DNA of 64,000 nucleotides from Candidatus Methanoperedenaceae archaeon (GTDB lineage: Archaea > Halobacteriota > Methanosarcinia > Methanosarcinales > Methanoperedenaceae). Within the stretch, counting starts at the first letter, position 1, and the number at the start of each line of letters is the position of its first letter. The position numbers were made by a program, and so were the translations under genes. The notes under the pieces were generated by a model. It saw only the letters and a program-made list of their open reading frames with translations, did not search any database and was not told the DNA's origin. The stretch lies in assembly GCA_963753595.1 (NCBI GenBank), contig CAVWCX010000023.1, forward strand, positions 87,538-151,537, written 5' to 3'. Positions 21,711-32,544 of the stretch are shown piece after piece.

Positions 21711-24305
21711 GAAATGTCTCCAGGTGGCACTGTACCTCCGCCCGCGCCAACAGAAGCATTCACTTCGTTAGCTAGCGTTAGTGAATCATCCAGTAGTTGA
21801 TCTACTTTTGTTGGATTGTGTACGCCCCAGCTTTCGTCGGAATACACCAATCTGACATTCCAGTATGCCTGAGCGATCTTAACTTTAGCCGCGCTCTTTT
21901 CACCTGTATAGGCGTTATAATTCGCCAATGCAGACATAACCGATCCGTTAGTGGAATTCCACTTCGCCTGGGTATCAGACTTTATGGTTTCGATAACCTC
22001 AGGGATAGTTCCTACTACCGATCCTGCCTCATGGCAGCCTTTGCATGCTGTGAGGGTCTGAAGACCAGTGGCATTAACTTTGAAACTATGTCCTTTTGTC
22101 TTCTGGCTATCATCAAGTATAGATCCTGATGCATCGGTTGTGTTTATATACATGTGACAATCAATGCACTCGAATTTCATAATACTTGACTCTTTCCATG
22201 AACCAACAAAAATATCCTTTGCCGGGAAACCATGTGGCGCTTATTGGAGTAGTAGATGTGGCAGTTGCCCATCCAGGCCCTTCGCTGCCTATTCTGACAT
22301 TCGAATGGCAGTTTCCGCACAACTCTACGGTATTTGGCATCATGGTATAGTTAGCTTTGTATCTGGTTACAGCGCCTGTTGTCGAATTCGTGGCCGCAAC
22401 GAGTGCATCCCTGTTATACCATGCATAGTATTTTGCCGTTCCGAACGCCGCTTTGGTCTTTGCGAGCCAGTCACCCATGTCATGAAGATTATGACACACG
22501 TCACATGTAATACCCTTGAAGTTATCAGGGGTCAGTGGAACTGTAGCGGTGTTTGCAGTGCCATTGCTGTAATAGTCAGTCAATGGGTTCCAGTTGAACG
22601 GGGAGTGGCATTTATTACAAGAGTTTGCTCTTGATTTTGTAGTGACTACACCAGTCGTTCCGTTGATGCTCCTATAGTAACTACTATTAGGATTTTTGCT
22701 TACCCCAACTTCCACGTCATTATGTGCGCTTGCCTTCCATTCTCTTATCACAGGGATAATTGAATATTTGCTTTTACTCAGGTTTTGAGCGCTTGTGGTA
22801 TGGCACCCTGAAGCTTTTCCGCATGAGTTGTTGCCCAATGCATTAAGATCATGTTTCTTCATAACGATCCTCTCAGTGCTGCCTGCCTTTTCCATGTGGC
22901 AATCTATGCATGCTGCTGCAGCATCTTTGCCGTAATAGTAAGTACCATGCGACAGATTAACTGCTCCGATATGGCCAAGCCCGTGTCTGAAATGGCACTT
23001 TGAGCACAATATTGTTGATACGTCAGTACCTGGAATAGATATTCCTGCAGTACCATAGCTTGTATCTTTTCTGTCAGATACTGTGCCAGGATATAACAGG
23101 GCAGGGAAACTGAGTTTATCGAAAATAGCCGAACCCGCTTCGAGTGAAGCAGTTGCATTGAAGAAAGCCAGCTTCGCTACTTTTATATTCGCTGCTGTTG
23201 CTGTATTGTAACCGCCTGGTGAATATAATGCTGCATACTGGTCATCAGTCATATCATGGACATTGTGACAGACACCACACGCCACATTGGTAGCACTCTC
23301 TTCCGTTATAATATTGTTTTTATATTTATCAAATGGCGAATGGCATTGTGTGCAGCCGCTTGGTGTTTCCGCGGTCGGTGGTGCATGAGCGCCCTTTTCC
23401 CAATTAGTTGCATGGGATCCGGTTCCTGTAATATGGCATTCCTGGCACAGGCCGGCGGAGTAGTTTACAACTACCTGATGTCCATTGCCTGCAGGTTTAT
23501 GACATCTCTCACATCCGATACCTGGTTCTGCGAAGGTTCCGTTTATGCCTGGTAACTTGCCATTCAGGAGGCTTGCACTCCAGGTGCTGTTATCCCAGCC
23601 AGTAGTATGGCATTTTCCACAGGTGCCGTATGCGCCGCCAGCATGACTGCTGCTTTCAAATTCCTGGGTTGTACTATTATATTCATCATTCGCAGCAAGG
23701 AAATATCCATTTACGTCAATATAGTTCAGTACCGGCTTTGAAACTATAACATAGGATATGCCTGCCCAGCCAACACCTGGTGCTGGAAGACCCATCGCCT
23801 GGGCAGTAGTTCCTGGTGTCAACATGACGCGATGCATTGTGTTAGTCCAGTTATTGTATTTTGCACTGTGACAATCTTTGCATACTGAAGAATTCAGGTA
23901 TGTTGGAGTGCCCGAAAGCAAATTGAAATTGTTTCCAGGCGCATTCACATGGCAGTTCGCGCATCCGCCAGCTGGTAACATTTTTGCTGCCAGCGTGGTT
24001 GCACTATATCTGTGATTTGTATTATATGACGAACCAGTGGCTGTAAGCGGAAGAAATGCGCTCAGATCAGTATGGCAAGTTAAACAGCTTGATCCGTTTG
24101 ATGGAACTGAAATTCCATTAAATTTATGAACATCCTTGAAATAGCTACCATCGGTTGTCAATGTATAATCGCTACTTACAATACTTACATGACAGTAGCC
24201 GCAATCTGCTCCCGCAGACCCATATCCTTGTTTCGCGCTTCCTGTACCTGCCAGCGCCAGCAGTAATATCAAAATTCCTATACCTAATATAATTTCTTTT
24301 CTCAT
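21577..24305 (-). CDS. Multiheme c-type cytochrome (~17 hemes) with c552/NrfA-like C-terminal helical bundle and EF-hand/dockerin-like tag (+1 frameshifts near 22239 and 21706)
   Basis: Signal peptide. 16 CXXCH plus CGKASGCH. D.SWGVHNP motif. The three ORFs join when single bases are removed. Confidence 0.88.
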
Positions 24306-24564
24306 ATTTCGATTCTCCTCCTTACCTAAAGTCTTCGTTTTTTATCATAATTCATGACAATAAAATTTTAGATTAAGCCCCATTTTTAATAATTATCCCT
24401 CTTTTCCTCGTCATTTTGACCGCCTTTAGAATTAGCGATAACAAAATACATTTTAAAATATATTTTTTGCTTCAATATTCCATATCCTCCTTCTAATTAA
24501 TAATACCATGATTATAAATTTTATAACTTACGTATAAAACTTATATCAAATAATTATGGTTATG

Positions 24565-24586
24565 ATGATATAAATAACTTTTGCTG
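24565..24586 (-). promoter_or_regulatory. Putative BRE/TATA promoter of the cytochrome gene
   Basis: Minus strand reads CAGCAAAAGTTATTTATATCAT (purine-rich BRE followed by TTTATA). Confidence 0.45.
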
Positions 24587-24601
24587 ATAAAATCCATGTG
24601 T

Positions 24602-26010
24602 GGTGGTTACCAAGACCCCCTTGAAACCATTGGTAGATTTTTTTTCACCTCCTATGTGAGATATGCAACCGAAGAGAGATTTTCTTTTATACCATGCTGC
24701 AATCGTGCAAATGCTACTGCCAGCATGGCAATACAGCATTCTGTCACGTGAAGATCAATATTCTTCATACCTTTGCCATTCAAATGTGCCTCAACTTCAA
24801 GGTGATCTTTCAGATAGCTATTGATTCCTTCATTGCTGTTTCTTCTATGGTAAAGATCAAGAACAGTATCGGGACACTCATCATATTTATTCATATAGTC
24901 ATTTCTAAAATACATGGCAACAGGGTCATGAAATCCCTTTTTGACAAGAAATTGCATTTTATATTCAAGAGAAGCATCTTTCTTATATTTTGAATCTTGC
25001 CAATTTTTTCTATAGAGATAATTAATCTCCTGTTCAGGGGAGTAGATATAGGTTTTTCCATTAAACCTATGCTCGTATTTTACATTTTCTCTCCAATCCT
25101 TGTCAATATGATAATGTGACATCAAACCCATTTCAACATGAGCAAATGCAATGTTTTTGTTGCTGTTATAACCGCCATCGAACCAAGTCTCTTCCATGTT
25201 CATCCCGGCAGATACTGCTGTCTTTCGGAGCATATCTTCAAGATATTTATCATCATCTTCAGTTCCACCGCATACCTTTTTGGCCAGGGGAATATTGTGC
25301 TCATAATCCATGGTTATTTGTGCTTTGACCATCTTTTTCTTATAATGGCCATTGTATTTTCCATCAGGATCGTTATGTGTCTTGATTGGAGTACTATCTG
25401 TTCCAGTGCATTTTCCAATTTTTAAATCCAATCGGTTACCAGCTTCTACAACCTTTATACAAAAAAGTTGCATTATAGAATCCATCCCCTTATTACCCAG
25501 TCTCACTTTTTCGAAATGCCTCAAAGTTTCATGATCTGGAACTATGATATTTTCATCCGGATCAATATTGAAACCCAATTCTAGTGCCTCATCAGGATGT
25601 GTTCTTAAGTTTCTTTCCTCTTTCGTATAATATTTTATTGTCTTTATGTTTCTCCAGATAAATGCCTTTACCATTGCCCTTCTTGGATACGTTTCCACTC
25701 CTTCTTTAACGGTATAATGTTTGTTGATTTCAGGCATTATCGGATCAAGGTTTAATCCTTCCAGAAATTTTGATGCCCGAACGCTGTTCTCGGAGGTTGC
25801 ATCTGCAAACTCTTCATTATTTGCATCGGTCAGACCGATGAATTTGTTCCAATAGCTTTTTATTTGCTTATCAACATTAAACTCCATTGTTCATCCCCTC
25901 TTTGGAATTTTGTGATTAAAATAATAATGGGGGGATGAATAATATAAATCTTACTGCAAGTATAAAAAATAGTTAAATTTATAAGGCAAACCTATGAATT
26001 GGTAACCACC
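24602..26010 (-). mobile_element. Intact insertion sequence (DDE transposase, IS4/IS5/IS1182-like clan)
   Basis: Perfect 12-bp TIRs GGTGGTTACCAA (24602-24613) and TTGGTAACCACC (25999-26010). 6-bp target duplication ATGTGT at 24596-24601 and 26011-26016. Confidence 0.92.
24652..25887 (-). CDS. DDE transposase
   Basis: DSTP, FDGGY and Y..R.SNEG.NS.LK (YREK-like) catalytic motifs. Confidence 0.9.
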   Translation of the reverse strand: MEFNVDKQIKSYWNKFIGLTDANNEEFADATSENSVRASKFLEGLNLDPIMPEINKHYTVKEGVETYPRRAMVKAFIWRNIKTIKYYTKEERNLRTHPDEALELGFNIDPDENIIVPDHETLRHFEKVRLGNKGMDSIMQLFCIKVVEAGNRLDLKIGKCTGTDSTPIKTHNDPDGKYNGHYKKKMVKAQITMDYEHNIPLAKKVCGGTEDDDKYLEDMLRKTAVSAGMNMEETWFDGGYNSNKNIAFAHVEMGLMSHYHIDKDWRENVKYEHRFNGKTYIYSPEQEINYLYRKNWQDSKYKKDASLEYKMQFLVKKGFHDPVAMYFRNDYMNKYDECPDTVLDLYHRRNSNEGINSYLKDHLEVEAHLNGKGMKNIDLHVTECCIAMLAVAFARLQHGIKENLSSVAYLT

Positions 26011-26176
26011 ATGTGTAGAATCCTGTAAAATACGAAGTCACTACATCAATAGCTTGTCGCCAGGTTAATGTTCCACGCAGGTAGCCAGTAGCTCCCCTTA
26101 TTGCTTTTTCCCATCTATCCTGCCACCCAGTATCAAAAAAAAAAGAAGTAATTATATTTCAACTTTTTGTTTCAGG

Positions 26177-26305
26177 TTATTTGAAGTATGCTCTAACAAC
26201 TGCTATAGCATCTGCCTTGGAAATTCCACCGCCAGTTAAGTAGGCTCGGATTGCCGCCACAGCTTCAGTCTTTGAGATAATACCGTTCTTGTCTTTATCC
26301 CAGAA
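26177..26305 (-). repeat. C-terminal EF-hand/dockerin-like module, copy B
   Basis: Shares tctgccttggaaattccaccgccagttaagtag exactly with copies A and C. Confidence 0.9.
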
Positions 26306-29245
26306 TGCAACCTGGGACGATAATGTACCTGGTTCTGTCACAATAACCGTTGTTGTTCCGCTTGTGTAGCCTGTCAGGGTTGCAGTTACATTTATTGCGC
26401 CTTTGCTGGTAGCGTTCACTCCGGTTATGTTTACTAAACCATTAGTAGTTGTGCCGCTTTTGCTGACACCTGCCCCGCTAAGTGTAATTAAAACACCGCC
26501 AAGTGCCGGAGTGACAGTGAAGACTATATTAGTTGGAGTGCCTGCTGTTACTGTACCGGGTATTGCGGATACTGCCAGTGTTCCATTATCCTCTGCCGCT
26601 ACAGGTGATTTTAATGCGAAATCATCCACGATAAACGCAGTCAAATAACCGCTATCTGTTGTAGCGCTTAACTTTAACCGGACCGTCTGCCCTTTGAATT
26701 CTGATACATTATATTGTGCGCTTATCCTGTAGCCATAACTCCTGTTAAGATTACTCAGGTTCGCAAATGTTTTTAATAAAGTATTATCCGAAGGACTCCT
26801 TATTTCAAGTCCCATATTATCATAAGCAATATCAGTAGATACTTCATTTGTCTGGATCCAATACCAGAATTGGAGATACACATTTGCTGCACTTGAGGGA
26901 ATTGTTACATCCTGGTAAATATAATCATTGGCGTTGTCATACCCCCCCAGGTATGCAAACCTGCTTCCACTACGAGAATATGCCGAATTATTATTTATCC
27001 GGGGATTTCCATTGCTGCCATACTGTGTCCATCCGGTATTCCCGCCCTCAAAACCAGGATTGGCCAATACGCCTAAATTTTCTGATGGCGCAGGGAACAT
27101 ATTGCAGTAATTGGAATAAATCCCATGATTTGCATAAAATGCTGTGCAGATTTCAAAGATATGCGGCGTACCATCTCTCAGGTTCGCATTGTTATCATCT
27201 GCGACTAATACGTCTTCAAGGTATTCTGTAAAATTAAAGGGTTCAAGTTTCATTGCGTTAATAATAAGTTCATCTGATGTTTTATTTCCCAACATCTCCC
27301 TTAGATCCCACGCAGCGCCTGATACTATACTGCTGTCATCGTGAACCTCGCCAACAATATCATCCGGATATTTTTTTGTATTGTGGATATCCCTCAGGCA
27401 AACACCAAGAAAGCCTTCTCCAAAGCATGAATTGTCATTTACCGAACTTGTAAAATAATCTGCCCACCCTTCATCCAATGCACCGCTTTCATCGCGATAA
27501 GGCAGATTTGTTGTATAAATATGATCGACTACGCTATGGGTGTATTCGTGGTTGATAATATCGCCAAATAACGATGCTGCCTCGCAGCCACTACCGGCTC
27601 CATAGAAATAGAGATCTTTGCCATCGGAAAGTGCATTGCAGGTGCCAGGATACTGAACGTATGCCGTCGTCTGGTAGTTCATGGCATAAATATCAAATGG
27701 ATATCCTTTTGTAAAGAAGTCATGCATTGCATTTATGTGATAGAATACATTTGACTGCTCTTTTTTATAAGATGTATCGTAATCATTCCAATCCCAGTTG
27801 TGAACAGATGGTGTTGTAATTGAAACCTGGTGATTAGCATCATTCCCGCTATAATTAAATACTCTTACATTCGGACCCTCAAGCGCTGAGGACAGGATAA
27901 AGCTGCCCGGAAGTCCCGAAATACTGTAGTTCCCATCTGCACCGGTCGTACCTATTGTCGTATAAATTGGCACAATTTGTTGATTTATAGAAAAATTGTA
28001 GTTATCCCAATATCCAAAGTTGTCAGCATTATCTACAAAAACCACTCCATTGTTGGTTATAACCTTTATTTCGTCTATATACCACCCATCATATGCTATG
28101 TAAGAATCAGTAGTATATTGAAATTCTATCCATATAGTATGTCCTATATAATCAGACAGGTCAAGGTTTATTGTTTTCCATGTACTGGAGTTGCCTGTAA
28201 ACGATTTGATCCCATAATAATTAGTTCCATCTGTAGATATATATACAAATCCTTTATCATAGTTGGTCTCCATAGAATAATTTGCCCTGAATTGAAGAGT
28301 TGCAGAGGAAACACCGGCAAGATTAATGGGATTTTTGAGATACAACCGATTATCCAAATTGTCACCTTTTCCTGACCAGAATACATTACTGGAAGAACTT
28401 CCATAATTATAGAGGTTCTCTGCCCCTGATCCTTTCACTACCATAGTCTGTGGGTTTTCCGGATACATTGGCACTGTAACTCTTCCGCTTAACGTGTTGG
28501 ATACGATCTTGTTGTATTTCTCAAGAATTTCACCGTTATTGGCATCAACGATATATACCCACTTTGCAGGAGGATTTTCGATAAGTCCGGGTTCTACCTT
28601 GTAAGCGAGGCGATATTCAACAACTTCACCTGTGTATCTGGGAAATACAAGAAGTGAAATTCCTTCAACATTTGTTTTTATCTCTTTTGCTGCGTTATTC
28701 TTATTTGCAGATTTTTGGATATTCTGGTTATTGATGTGTATTGGTTTTTGGAGCACAGCCTTTGTTTCCAGGGGAACTCCCAGATCATTCTCTACGATCC
28801 CTGTTGCATCTGATTCACTTAATACTGGTTTTGTGCTGATATCTATTTTAGGGCGGTGGGTAGATTTCAGAGTCACTATCTTTTCATCTTTGACCCCTAC
28901 TATTACACTACTTGAATAAACAGGCAGTCCATTATAGGTCTGGGTATATTTTAATATTGATAATGACCCTTTTTTTGTATCGTTGTAAGAAGAAGACAGA
29001 ACCAGATCATCTGGATTTATTTTATATCTTGAACCAAGTGCGGAACGGATTTTTGAATCCATATCGTTGCGGGAAATGGAATTTTCGCTATCAAGGTCGA
29101 AAACTTCTCTTGTGATCATCTTTTTCTCATCTGGATGAATATTATTTCCAGGGTCAATACCGTCGTTAATATTTTTCCCAGGAACTGCGGAAGAATATCC
29201 CGCCAGCAACGCAAGAATTAACAAAACAAATATATATAGTCTCAT
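26177..29245 (-). CDS. Secreted Zn-metallopeptidase (thermolysin/fungalysin M4/M36-like) with FTP and PepSY propeptide, beta-sandwich inserts, Ig-like domain and EF-hand/dockerin-like tag
   Basis: Y.QTYNGLPV, YIVDANNGEIL, HEYTH...ALDEGWADYF and GEVHD motifs. C-terminus WDKDKNGIISKTEAVAAIRAYLTGGGISKADAIAVVRAYFK. Confidence 0.88.
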   Translation of the reverse strand: MRLYIFVLLILALLAGYSSAVPGKNINDGIDPGNNIHPDEKKMITREVFDLDSENSISRNDMDSKIRSALGSRYKINPDDLVLSSSYNDTKKGSLSILKYTQTYNGLPVYSSSVIVGVKDEKIVTLKSTHRPKIDISTKPVLSESDATGIVENDLGVPLETKAVLQKPIHINNQNIQKSANKNNAAKEIKTNVEGISLLVFPRYTGEVVEYRLAYKVEPGLIENPPAKWVYIVDANNGEILEKYNKIVSNTLSGRVTVPMYPENPQTMVVKGSGAENLYNYGSSSSNVFWSGKGDNLDNRLYLKNPINLAGVSSATLQFRANYSMETNYDKGFVYISTDGTNYYGIKSFTGNSSTWKTINLDLSDYIGHTIWIEFQYTTDSYIAYDGWYIDEIKVITNNGVVFVDNADNFGYWDNYNFSINQQIVPIYTTIGTTGADGNYSISGLPGSFILSSALEGPNVRVFNYSGNDANHQVSITTPSVHNWDWNDYDTSYKKEQSNVFYHINAMHDFFTKGYPFDIYAMNYQTTAYVQYPGTCNALSDGKDLYFYGAGSGCEAASLFGDIINHEYTHSVVDHIYTTNLPYRDESGALDEGWADYFTSSVNDNSCFGEGFLGVCLRDIHNTKKYPDDIVGEVHDDSSIVSGAAWDLREMLGNKTSDELIINAMKLEPFNFTEYLEDVLVADDNNANLRDGTPHIFEICTAFYANHGIYSNYCNMFPAPSENLGVLANPGFEGGNTGWTQYGSNGNPRINNNSAYSRSGSRFAYLGGYDNANDYIYQDVTIPSSAANVYLQFWYWIQTNEVSTDIAYDNMGLEIRSPSDNTLLKTFANLSNLNRSYGYRISAQYNVSEFKGQTVRLKLSATTDSGYLTAFIVDDFALKSPVAAEDNGTLAVSAIPGTVTAGTPTNIVFTVTPALGGVLITLSGAGVSKSGTTTNGLVNITGVNATSKGAINVTATLTGYTSGTTTVIVTEPGTLSSQVAFWDKDKNGIISKTEAVAAIRAYLTGGGISKADAIAVVRAYFK

Positions 29246-29255
29246 TTTTTTCTCC

Positions 29256-29642
29256 TTATGTTCTGAATAATTGTTCTTTCTTGATCACTTCATTCCCCTG
29301 TTCATCGTAATAATAATCCCATGCCAGGCCTTCCCCTATTCTGACCTTCCATACTGTTTTTCCTTCCAGGGTTGCTGTTTCAATGTTCTTTATGCTTTCT
29401 TCTGTTACATTATAAGTGATCGGTCTTCCTGCAATATCATGGTAAACAATAGATGTTCCAATCAGGTTGTTTTTAATCTTTTCTTTTATGGCATCGCTGC
29501 CAACAGGTTCAGGAATTGTATATGTATTATTATTGGAATTGGCAGGCTTCTCCACGCAACCCGAAATGAATAATATAGAAAATACAATAATTGTTATTAT
29601 CATAATCAGCCCAAAGACATTCATCCTTTTTTTTTGTAACAT
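29256..29642 (-). CDS. Putative lipoprotein with PepSY-like C-terminal fold
   Basis: Lipobox-like ISGC after a hydrophobic stretch. VWKVRI..YYYDEQGNEVI resembles the PepSY pattern. Confidence 0.65.
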   Translation of the reverse strand: MLQKKRMNVFGLIMIITIIVFSILFISGCVEKPANSNNNTYTIPEPVGSDAIKEKIKNNLIGTSIVYHDIAGRPITYNVTEESIKNIETATLEGKTVWKVRIGEGLAWDYYYDEQGNEVIKKEQLFRT

Positions 29643-29762
29643 TTTTTCACCTGAAACAGCAACGACTGGAATTTAATTAGAGTAAAGACCCTATTTTAAG
29701 TATTCTTTGATACTATTTAATTATTTCGATACAAAAAATATTGTGTAGAGTCCTGAAATTGT

Positions 29763-30098
29763 CTAACCGGTTAAGTATGCCCTAACTACTGCTACAGCGT
29801 CTGCCTTGGAAATTCCACCGCCAGTTAAGTAGGCTCGGACTGCTGCTACAGCTTCTGCCTTCGAGATAGTTCCACTGTGGTCAGCGTCCCATACTGCAAC
29901 TTCAGGCGACAATTCAGTAGGTGTATAAGTAAAAGTGCTTGTACTGCCAGATGTAATAATGTAAGTGCCGCCAGGGGTCAATGTATCCACAATTGGTGTC
30001 TGGTCAATAGTCACAGCAGATGTAATCTGAAATGATATGATCAGGACCGTTAAAATGGTGAATAAAATCTTAATGGACATAGCATTTATTATTTTCAT
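29763..30098 (-). CDS. Small secreted protein consisting mainly of a Thr-rich spacer plus the EF-hand/dockerin-like tag (copy C)
   Basis: Signal peptide. Ends WDADHSGTISKAEAVAAVRAYLTGGGISKADAVAVVRAYLTG. Confidence 0.8.
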   Translation of the reverse strand: MKIINAMSIKILFTILTVLIISFQITSAVTIDQTPIVDTLTPGGTYIITSGSTSTFTYTPTELSPEVAVWDADHSGTISKAEAVAAVRAYLTGGGISKADAVAVVRAYLTG

Positions 30099-30165
30099 AT
30101 CATCGCATAAAGATAAAAGTATCGTAAAATTGTGGGTTTAAAATATGTCGGTGTTGGAATCAATA

Positions 30166-30218
30166 AAACGCAGATATACTATCACAAATCCGCGTTTATC
30201 GGCGTTTATCTGCGGTTT
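30166..30218. repeat. Truncated REP-like palindromic element
   Basis: aaacgcagat...atccgcgtttatcggcgtttatctgcggttt, the same style as 2524-2745. Confidence 0.6.
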
Positions 30219-30262
30219 CTTATTTCCGGCCAGTTATCCTGTCAAAAAATCGCTATCATGCA

Positions 30263-32305
30263 TCACACCGGGCACACCTGCGCCGCGCAGCCACCTGAAT
30301 ATTCAGGATCGGCAGAGACATATTTATCTATCGCATCCCCCAGGTACAAAACCTGCCTGGATTTACTTCCATACCTGTAGACCGTGATCCCTTTACATTT
30401 TAGTTCATAAGCGAACATGAAGGCTTTCTCGACTTCTTTTATATCCACATCATTGGGAAAATTTATTGTCTTTGAAACAGCATTATCACAATATTTCTGA
30501 AAAGTTGCCTGCATCTTCACATGCCATTGCGGAGCTATGTCAAAGGCGGTCACAAATACCCGTTTCACATCATCAGGTATCTCTTTTATTCCTGCAAGTG
30601 TGCCGGTCTTTGCGATTTTCATCATCAATTCTTCGCTATAAAATCCCCTTTCTTTCGCTTTGGCTTCAAAATGAGGATTTACTTCAATGAGTTTTGTGCC
30701 CTCAAGTACATTCCTGACAAAAGAAACAGCAAACAAAGGCTCAATACCGCTTGAGCATCCACCTATAATGCTTATTGAACCTGTGGGTGCGACCGTTGTA
30801 ACTGTAGAGTTGCGTATGGGTTTTTTATAGATACTTCCAGGGAAATTCGGGAATTCGCCCCGGTATAGCGCTAAATTTTCAGATGCTGAATGTGATTTTT
30901 CCTGGATGAAACCCATTACTTCTTCTGCGGTTTTTAGAGCCTCTTCTGAATCATAAGGGGTCCCCAGTTGAGCCAGCATATCGGCAAAACCCATAACCCC
31001 AAGGCCTATCTTCCTGTTCGCCTTTGTAATTTCCTCTATCCGGGGAAGGGGATATTTAGTGATATCAATCACGTTATCAAGGAACCTGACAGCAATATTT
31101 ACTGTTTTTTCCAGCTTTTCCCAATCGATAGAACCATTATTCACGATTTTAGCAAGGTTTATCGAACCCAGGTTGCAGGATTCATAAGGCAACAAAGGAA
31201 GTTCACCGCATGGGTTAGTGCTTTCAATCTCCCCTATCTGGGGGGTGGGATTATGCCTGTTGATCTCATCTATGAATATAATTCCCGGATCCCCTGTTCT
31301 CCATGCCATCGTTATTATGAGGTTCCAGATATCCCGCGCTTTAACTTTCTTCACGACATTCCTGTTTCGCGGATTGAGCAGCTCGTAATCGCTATCCTCC
31401 TTGACTGCATTCATGAACTTATCATCCACGGCTACTGATATATTGAAATTTGTAAGGAAACCTTCCTTTGTTTTTGCTGTAATAAATTCAATAATATCAG
31501 GATGATCAACCCTCAGTATTCCCATATTTGCGCCGCGCCGTTTTCCTCCCTGTTTGATTATGTCGGTCGTGACATCAAATACCCGCATGAATGAAACAGG
31601 GCCTGAAGCCACTCCCTGTGTGGATTTTACAATATCTCCCCTGGGTCTTATGCGCGAAAATGAAAATCCTGTCCCCCCACCTGATTGCTGGATCAGAGCC
31701 ATGTTTTTCACAGCATCAAAAATGCTCATCAGTGAGTCTTCTACCGGAATTACAAAACAGGCAGAGAGTTGTCCGATGTCAGTACCTGCATTCATAAGTG
31801 TGGGTGTGTTCGGGAGAAATTCAAGGTTCATAAGCATGTTGAGGAATTCTTCCTCGGATTCAGGATCTAGAGCCACGGCTTTTGCAATTCGCCCAAAGAG
31901 CTGCACAGGAGTTTCCAAAACTTCCCCCAACTCATTTTTTAACAGGTAGCGCCGTTCAAGTACCCGCACCGCATTTACACTCATTTTCAGTTCATCCCGC
32001 ACACCAAAGAATTCTTTGGCTTTCCTGATCTGTGCCCGCTTTTCCCTGTATAATATGTATGCTTTTGCGATGCCGGTATAACCCTTTTTAATTAAGACTT
32101 CCTCGACAGCGTCCTGCACATCTTCTACACCGGGAATTCCAGTGATTCTTTTATCAAGAAGGTCAACCACATGTCCTGCAATTTCTTCTGCCCTTTCACC
32201 ACCCTGGCTTTTTGTTGCGATAAATGCCTTGAAAATAGCTTTGGCTATCTTCGTTCTGTCAAAATCTGCTATTCGTCCATCTCTTTTTCGGATTTTCTGC
32301 GGCAT
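30263..32305 (-). CDS. nrdJ: Adenosylcobalamin-dependent ribonucleotide reductase (class II) with ATP cone
   Basis: N-terminal KRDG ATP cone. [29 protein letters not shown] and KGITVYR motifs. Confidence 0.93.
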   Translation of the reverse strand: MPQKIRKRDGRIADFDRTKIAKAIFKAFIATKSQGGERAEEIAGHVVDLLDKRITGIPGVEDVQDAVEEVLIKKGYTGIAKAYILYREKRAQIRKAKEFFGVRDELKMSVNAVRVLERRYLLKNELGEVLETPVQLFGRIAKAVALDPESEEEFLNMLMNLEFLPNTPTLMNAGTDIGQLSACFVIPVEDSLMSIFDAVKNMALIQQSGGGTGFSFSRIRPRGDIVKSTQGVASGPVSFMRVFDVTTDIIKQGGKRRGANMGILRVDHPDIIEFITAKTKEGFLTNFNISVAVDDKFMNAVKEDSDYELLNPRNRNVVKKVKARDIWNLIITMAWRTGDPGIIFIDEINRHNPTPQIGEIESTNPCGELPLLPYESCNLGSINLAKIVNNGSIDWEKLEKTVNIAVRFLDNVIDITKYPLPRIEEITKANRKIGLGVMGFADMLAQLGTPYDSEEALKTAEEVMGFIQEKSHSASENLALYRGEFPNFPGSIYKKPIRNSTVTTVAPTGSISIIGGCSSGIEPLFAVSFVRNVLEGTKLIEVNPHFEAKAKERGFYSEELMMKIAKTGTLAGIKEIPDDVKRVFVTAFDIAPQWHVKMQATFQKYCDNAVSKTINFPNDVDIKEVEKAFMFAYELKCKGITVYRYGSKSRQVLYLGDAIDKYVSADPEYSGGCAAQVCPV

Positions 32306-32544
32306 GAAAATCATCCTGTTTAATAAGAATTAATTACTCTCATAAACATGGAGTATATGGGTTAATTATGAATTAAGCTTTTCACAGAAACCTATTTACT
32401 TTATGAAATTAGCATCCGGGGCGTGCAATCAATATTATCCAACAATACAATCCTGGAAGCATTGGAAATCAGGGATAATGAGAGATTTAATAAGGTTGTA
32501 GAGGATATTCTGACAAAAGAAATTGATATGAACAGGTTGGGAAC

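Noticed and set aside
24373-24483. GGAGG-preceded ATG with in-frame TGA as a recoded (Sec) leader peptide
   Set aside because: It stops after three codons, no SECIS-like evidence was seen, and the read-through product is unrecognisable.
21577-29893. Tag repeats or S-layer repeats as DGR template/variable regions
   Set aside because: There is no reverse transcriptase in the window, all copies are coding, and the differences are not visibly adenine-specific.
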